64,000 nucleotides of DNA, from assembly GCA_030141605.1 (NCBI GenBank), contig JAQGDQ010000521.1:1-64000 (forward strand), in the 5' to 3' direction. The stretch comes from Tubiluchus corallicola (Eukaryota > Animalia > Priapulida). Below, piece after piece: positions 59,875-64,000 of the stretch. The translations under genes and the position numbers were made by a program. The notes under the pieces were generated by a model. It had not been told where the DNA came from and searched no databases. It was given only the letters and a program-made list of their open reading frames with translations. The stretch's first letter is position 1, and the number at the start of each line of letters is the position of its first letter.

Positions 59875-59985
59875 CAGTAAGTCCTCGCTTGTTGACTCCT
59901 ATGCGTTCCAGCAAAATGCATCGCTAAGTGAAACGTCTCTAAACGAAGCAATGCTTCCATAAGAAATAACGTGAAAGCATTCAGT
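59875..59985. mobile_element. Tigger/pogo-like left-end remnant
   Basis: TA|CAGTAAGTCCTCGCTT...CGCTAAGTGAAAC...TAAACGAAGCA. No matching right end was found. Confidence 0.45.
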
Positions 59986-62900
59986 TGTGTTACACGAGTA
60001 AAAATCAATAGTGCTTGGCTATGTAGGCACGAGAAATCATTAATGGTTGGCTCATAAATTAAACACTTTTTAGCATTTACTGCTTACAGCTTATACATTA
60101 CATATGTGGAAGGAGTTTACAATTCCGCCCACACAATTTAAATACCCTAATCTGCTTCACAGTCTAATTGCTTGTGAGTTAGGAATTGTAAACTTTAACC
60201 ACATATTTGTTTAATTAAAAGCTAATGAGTATGAAAACTAAAATTAAATTTGAAACATAGGTCCTTCCTCCTCTCGTTGCTCTCCTTCAACCATTTTTCT
60301 TCTTTTCTTTCTCCTTTTGTTTCGTAATAAACTTAGGATTGGTTACTTAGCTAGTTCTTTAACTACTAAACCACTAACATGATTGGGGCTTTTAGCCTGT
60401 CTGTTTGCTATGTCAAAAAAAATTATTATATCGTTTGATCATTTTTGCTATTGTACTTCTTAGTAGTAGGCTTTTAAATCAACATTATTTATTATATACA
60501 TAATAAATATTATACTATTTGAAGTTATCTAAACACTGAGACTAATAACAAAGGAAAGAAAGTGAGGTTGAATGTAGTTTCATTTTCATTCTTATTTGTT
60601 TCACCTATTTACTGCACATATCTGGCACATGCTTTTTGGTACTTGTGCACTTAAAAAGAATTTTGTTAACTCTGGTTTTTGGTTAATTTGTATCAAACCT
60701 CTTTAAGAACGGACTTCTGTGCATATTTAAACAACAATCGTGTCTTGTAGCAGTTTGACAGTCTTAAAATACTGACTTGAACAATGTTGACTGTGATTTT
60801 CTACTTAACTCTCTGAACAAGGTATTCCAGTACCACACTTTCAGAAACTGTAATAACTTAATAACTTAATATCATTGATGAAAACCAAAAAAAACAAACA
60901 GATAAGTTCTAGGTTATGGAGTGCAGCATAGGTAACATTTTATTTCAGCCATTTTATCCATAGTGTGTAAATAGACTATATATTAGCAGTCTAATAAGAG
61001 AATTAGCAACTTCATATTGACTCCACTACTGAGCCAATTTATATGCAAAGTTAAGTAGTCAATGTGTAAATGTTTGTGGTATTTCAATGAATTTAATTAT
61101 CTTTGTGCCTGTGGTTGTGTGATAATGCATGTTTGCTCCACTAGAGCCTTAAATTGTGCAGCAGTGTCTGATTTTACTATATCATTCTATGCGGAGAATT
61201 TCAGGATTGAAATTTAGAATGAATTTAGAATCATTAAGGCTTGGCCTTACATTTGCACTATACAAGTTAGTCTGAACAGCTTTGAAAGTTTTTTTAGAAC
61301 ATTTCTGAGAAAAGTATTTCACCAAGTAGTCGTGCTGCAATACAAAAATGTCAAACTACAACCATAATTACTTTAAAACTAGGAATGATAAATATGATCG
61401 AAAAAGTGACAATGTCTGCTTTGATGGCAATCGTATAGCTCTCTGAGAGATTAAAAACTTAGCATCTGCATTTGATTTCAGTCAAGACATGGTTGAGTAG
61501 GCTGAAAAAAACAATAATGAAAACTGTTCTCGGTAAATATCCCTCTGAAAGGGTTAAGCACAAAATAACTTTTGTATCTGTATGTATACGTATGACCATG
61601 TGTTCACATAATTGGCTACTGTTGTTAGTCAGGCATGTGATACTAGCAGCTGTAGTAGTAAGAAGTTCATACTAAGCCTTATTCTTTCAAGGAATGGCTT
61701 TCTCGGTATTACCACAAGCTTGGTCTTCATTCTGTTATTCAAATCTTCAAGACTTATTTATTTATTTGGTGTCCTTGGTTAAAGGTGTGTTTATTTCTTC
61801 TAGTTGTGGTCATGAATGAATTTTAGCCTCAGCCTTGTACTTGATAATAAGCAAAAGACAAGCAAAGGATATGTATCAGTTGCAGAGTTTGTGATTTATG
61901 TGAAATTCCGTACAGAGTTATTGTAAAAATACAACTATGTGAAATTTATAAAGTTTTGGCTAACAGTTTTTTTCTGTTCCATGACTTATGCAATATGATT
62001 GCACCAAACCTAACTGTGTGAAATTTTTGAAAGAGATAATCTCATTTTGGAAACTGAACCATCGCGGCATTGATGATGGTCTTGAAAGTAGTGTTGGAAT
62101 GATGTTATCTCTGAAGAGCTCTAAAACATCAGAGGCTCAACAAATTATTTTCTAGGCTAATAATGAATGTACAAAGGCTACTAATTCTAGTACCATGAGG
62201 AAATATGACAAGACAATACTGTTAATACACATTACGCTAAGAAATTAACAACTCCTAACAGCACGGATGTTGCAAATTGTAATAAAGAAACGAGAAAGCT
62301 TGACAATGTAATAGCTGTGGATTATGGCAGAGAATTAACTACTCTTGACCTCGGTGATGAAGATCTTCATAAATAGTACCTCAAAACTGACGGAAATATT
62401 GTTTATTGTGAGAACTTACAAAGTTGTTCGAATTAGTACAAGTACTGTTGAGCCAGTAATATTGTTTGTAAGAATTGTGTAAAAAAATTTCTTTACAGCT
62501 GTCAGTATGTAAAACTGAAAACTTTGCAGTACAGATGTGTGTTTTTTTCGTAACAATGTGATGTTTTTTCATGTCTGATGTTGTTTGGCATTTCATTAGC
62601 ATTCATTTATACTGAATGAAGCTGAATCTCATTACCTATAATTATGTAGTCAAGTCATTCAGTTGTAATAATAATGAGAATTAATATTGCAAGTTAGCTG
62701 AACAGCAGTAATAATAGAAAAGCAATCAATGTTAATTATGAAAATAAAATATACCTTTTTCCTTTTATTTTTTTTATTTTTTCTTTTGCCAATTACATCA
62801 TTTTGCCATTTAGTGTTTTTTATGCTTATTTTCTTTTAAATAAACCGTAGATTTTTTTGGTACTGACTACAGAATTAGTTTTTAAGTTCCACGGTGAAAC

Positions 62901-64000
62901 CAAGGCATCACCGAATTCCTTTCTAGAGTTTTAAGTTTTCTTAAATTTTAAGATACTTCCAGAAAATCAGGGAATGTAGCTGGAGCACCTCTGCTGGTTT
63001 AGCTCTCATTTTAGGGGAATATCCTTATTATGAGCCGGGCCACAAACACCTTGCTAACAAGCTGTTGGCCAGCCATTGAGTTGTAGATTCAGGCTTGGGG
63101 AAGGGATATAAAAATATGATATTTTGATGAAAACGTCTTGAGTGTCAACTATCGACTGCGTGACCACACATGGTAAAAATGGCACAAATGTTGATGTTAT
63201 TTATCGCTGCTGCAGAATAACCAAAGTTGTCTTTTATTGACAATGCAGATAATTATAAAGTCACAATAGTATAAAATTGATTCAGCAATAGAGTAGTGAG
63301 TTGCAGCATTAGGTATAGTGATTAATAGATTCTTTACTGAACCTTATGTGTTTCACATATCATTCTGGAATTTAAGAATATATGGTGAATGTAATACCTA
63401 TAAGCTATATTTTCTAATTGAAATACTAAAAAATTTGGTTTAATGTCATACTAACAAACTAAAACATACCTATAGTAAGGAACTGAGTTAAAACTTATGA
63501 TTTATGTGGACGCATATTAACTGTTGTATATTAAAAAATAGACAGTTAATTAAGTTGTTGAACGTTAATCGAAATTACTTGAGCAAGCTCATTGAAATTG
63601 GGAATAGGCAGTGGATAAATTTTCGAGGCAAGCAGAATGAAATGTTCTTTTTTATATTTACTTCGCAAATCTGCAAGGCAGAAGCCAGCCTTCAATGCAA
63701 GGCCTACTGAATGCTGTGTTTGTCATATATGAGGAGCCACTGAGCCAGTAGAGGTGTCTGAACCACATTCGGATGTACGTTTGCTGTCCTTCTCCAAGGT
63801 AAACGGCCAGCTTCAGTAAGGCGACTGAAAGCGATATCGAATGCAGGTGTCAGAAGCCATTCACACGAAACTGAAAGCGTAGTAACTTGGCTATGAACCC
63901 AGCCTGAACCATGTACTTCAAAAATTAGTGCATTTCATTTTCAAGAAGAAAATGATGCAAGAAATTTTTCCCCATTCTGCTATTGGACTAAAATCATGCT

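Overview
AT-rich metazoan (invertebrate-like) genomic DNA with GT-AG introns; no prokaryotic features, CRISPR array, rRNA or intact tRNA seen. All gene models were built by hand from splice sites, reading phase and remembered similarity to human proteins; no database search was run. The left ~25 kb holds a tandem pair of aspartylglucosaminidase (AGA) genes: only the last exon of copy 1 (2159-2253) is in the window, while copy 2 has 8 recognisable exons (15511-24238) with an unresolved start. This part is packed with minisatellites, MITEs, a Helitron, solo-LTR-like repeats and LINE remnants. The right ~37 kb holds RPGRIP1L/fantom (31 phase-consistent exons, 29365-59680; first and last exons uncertain). 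A 6.6 kb RPGRIP1L intron hides an antisense, probably spliced gene for an unrecognised secreted Pro/Tyr/His-rich protein, preceded by a perfect RFX X-box; this is the best candidate for something undescribed. A second theme is minisatellites that appear to be forming from transposon ends. Most long ORFs in the supplied track are translations of repeats.
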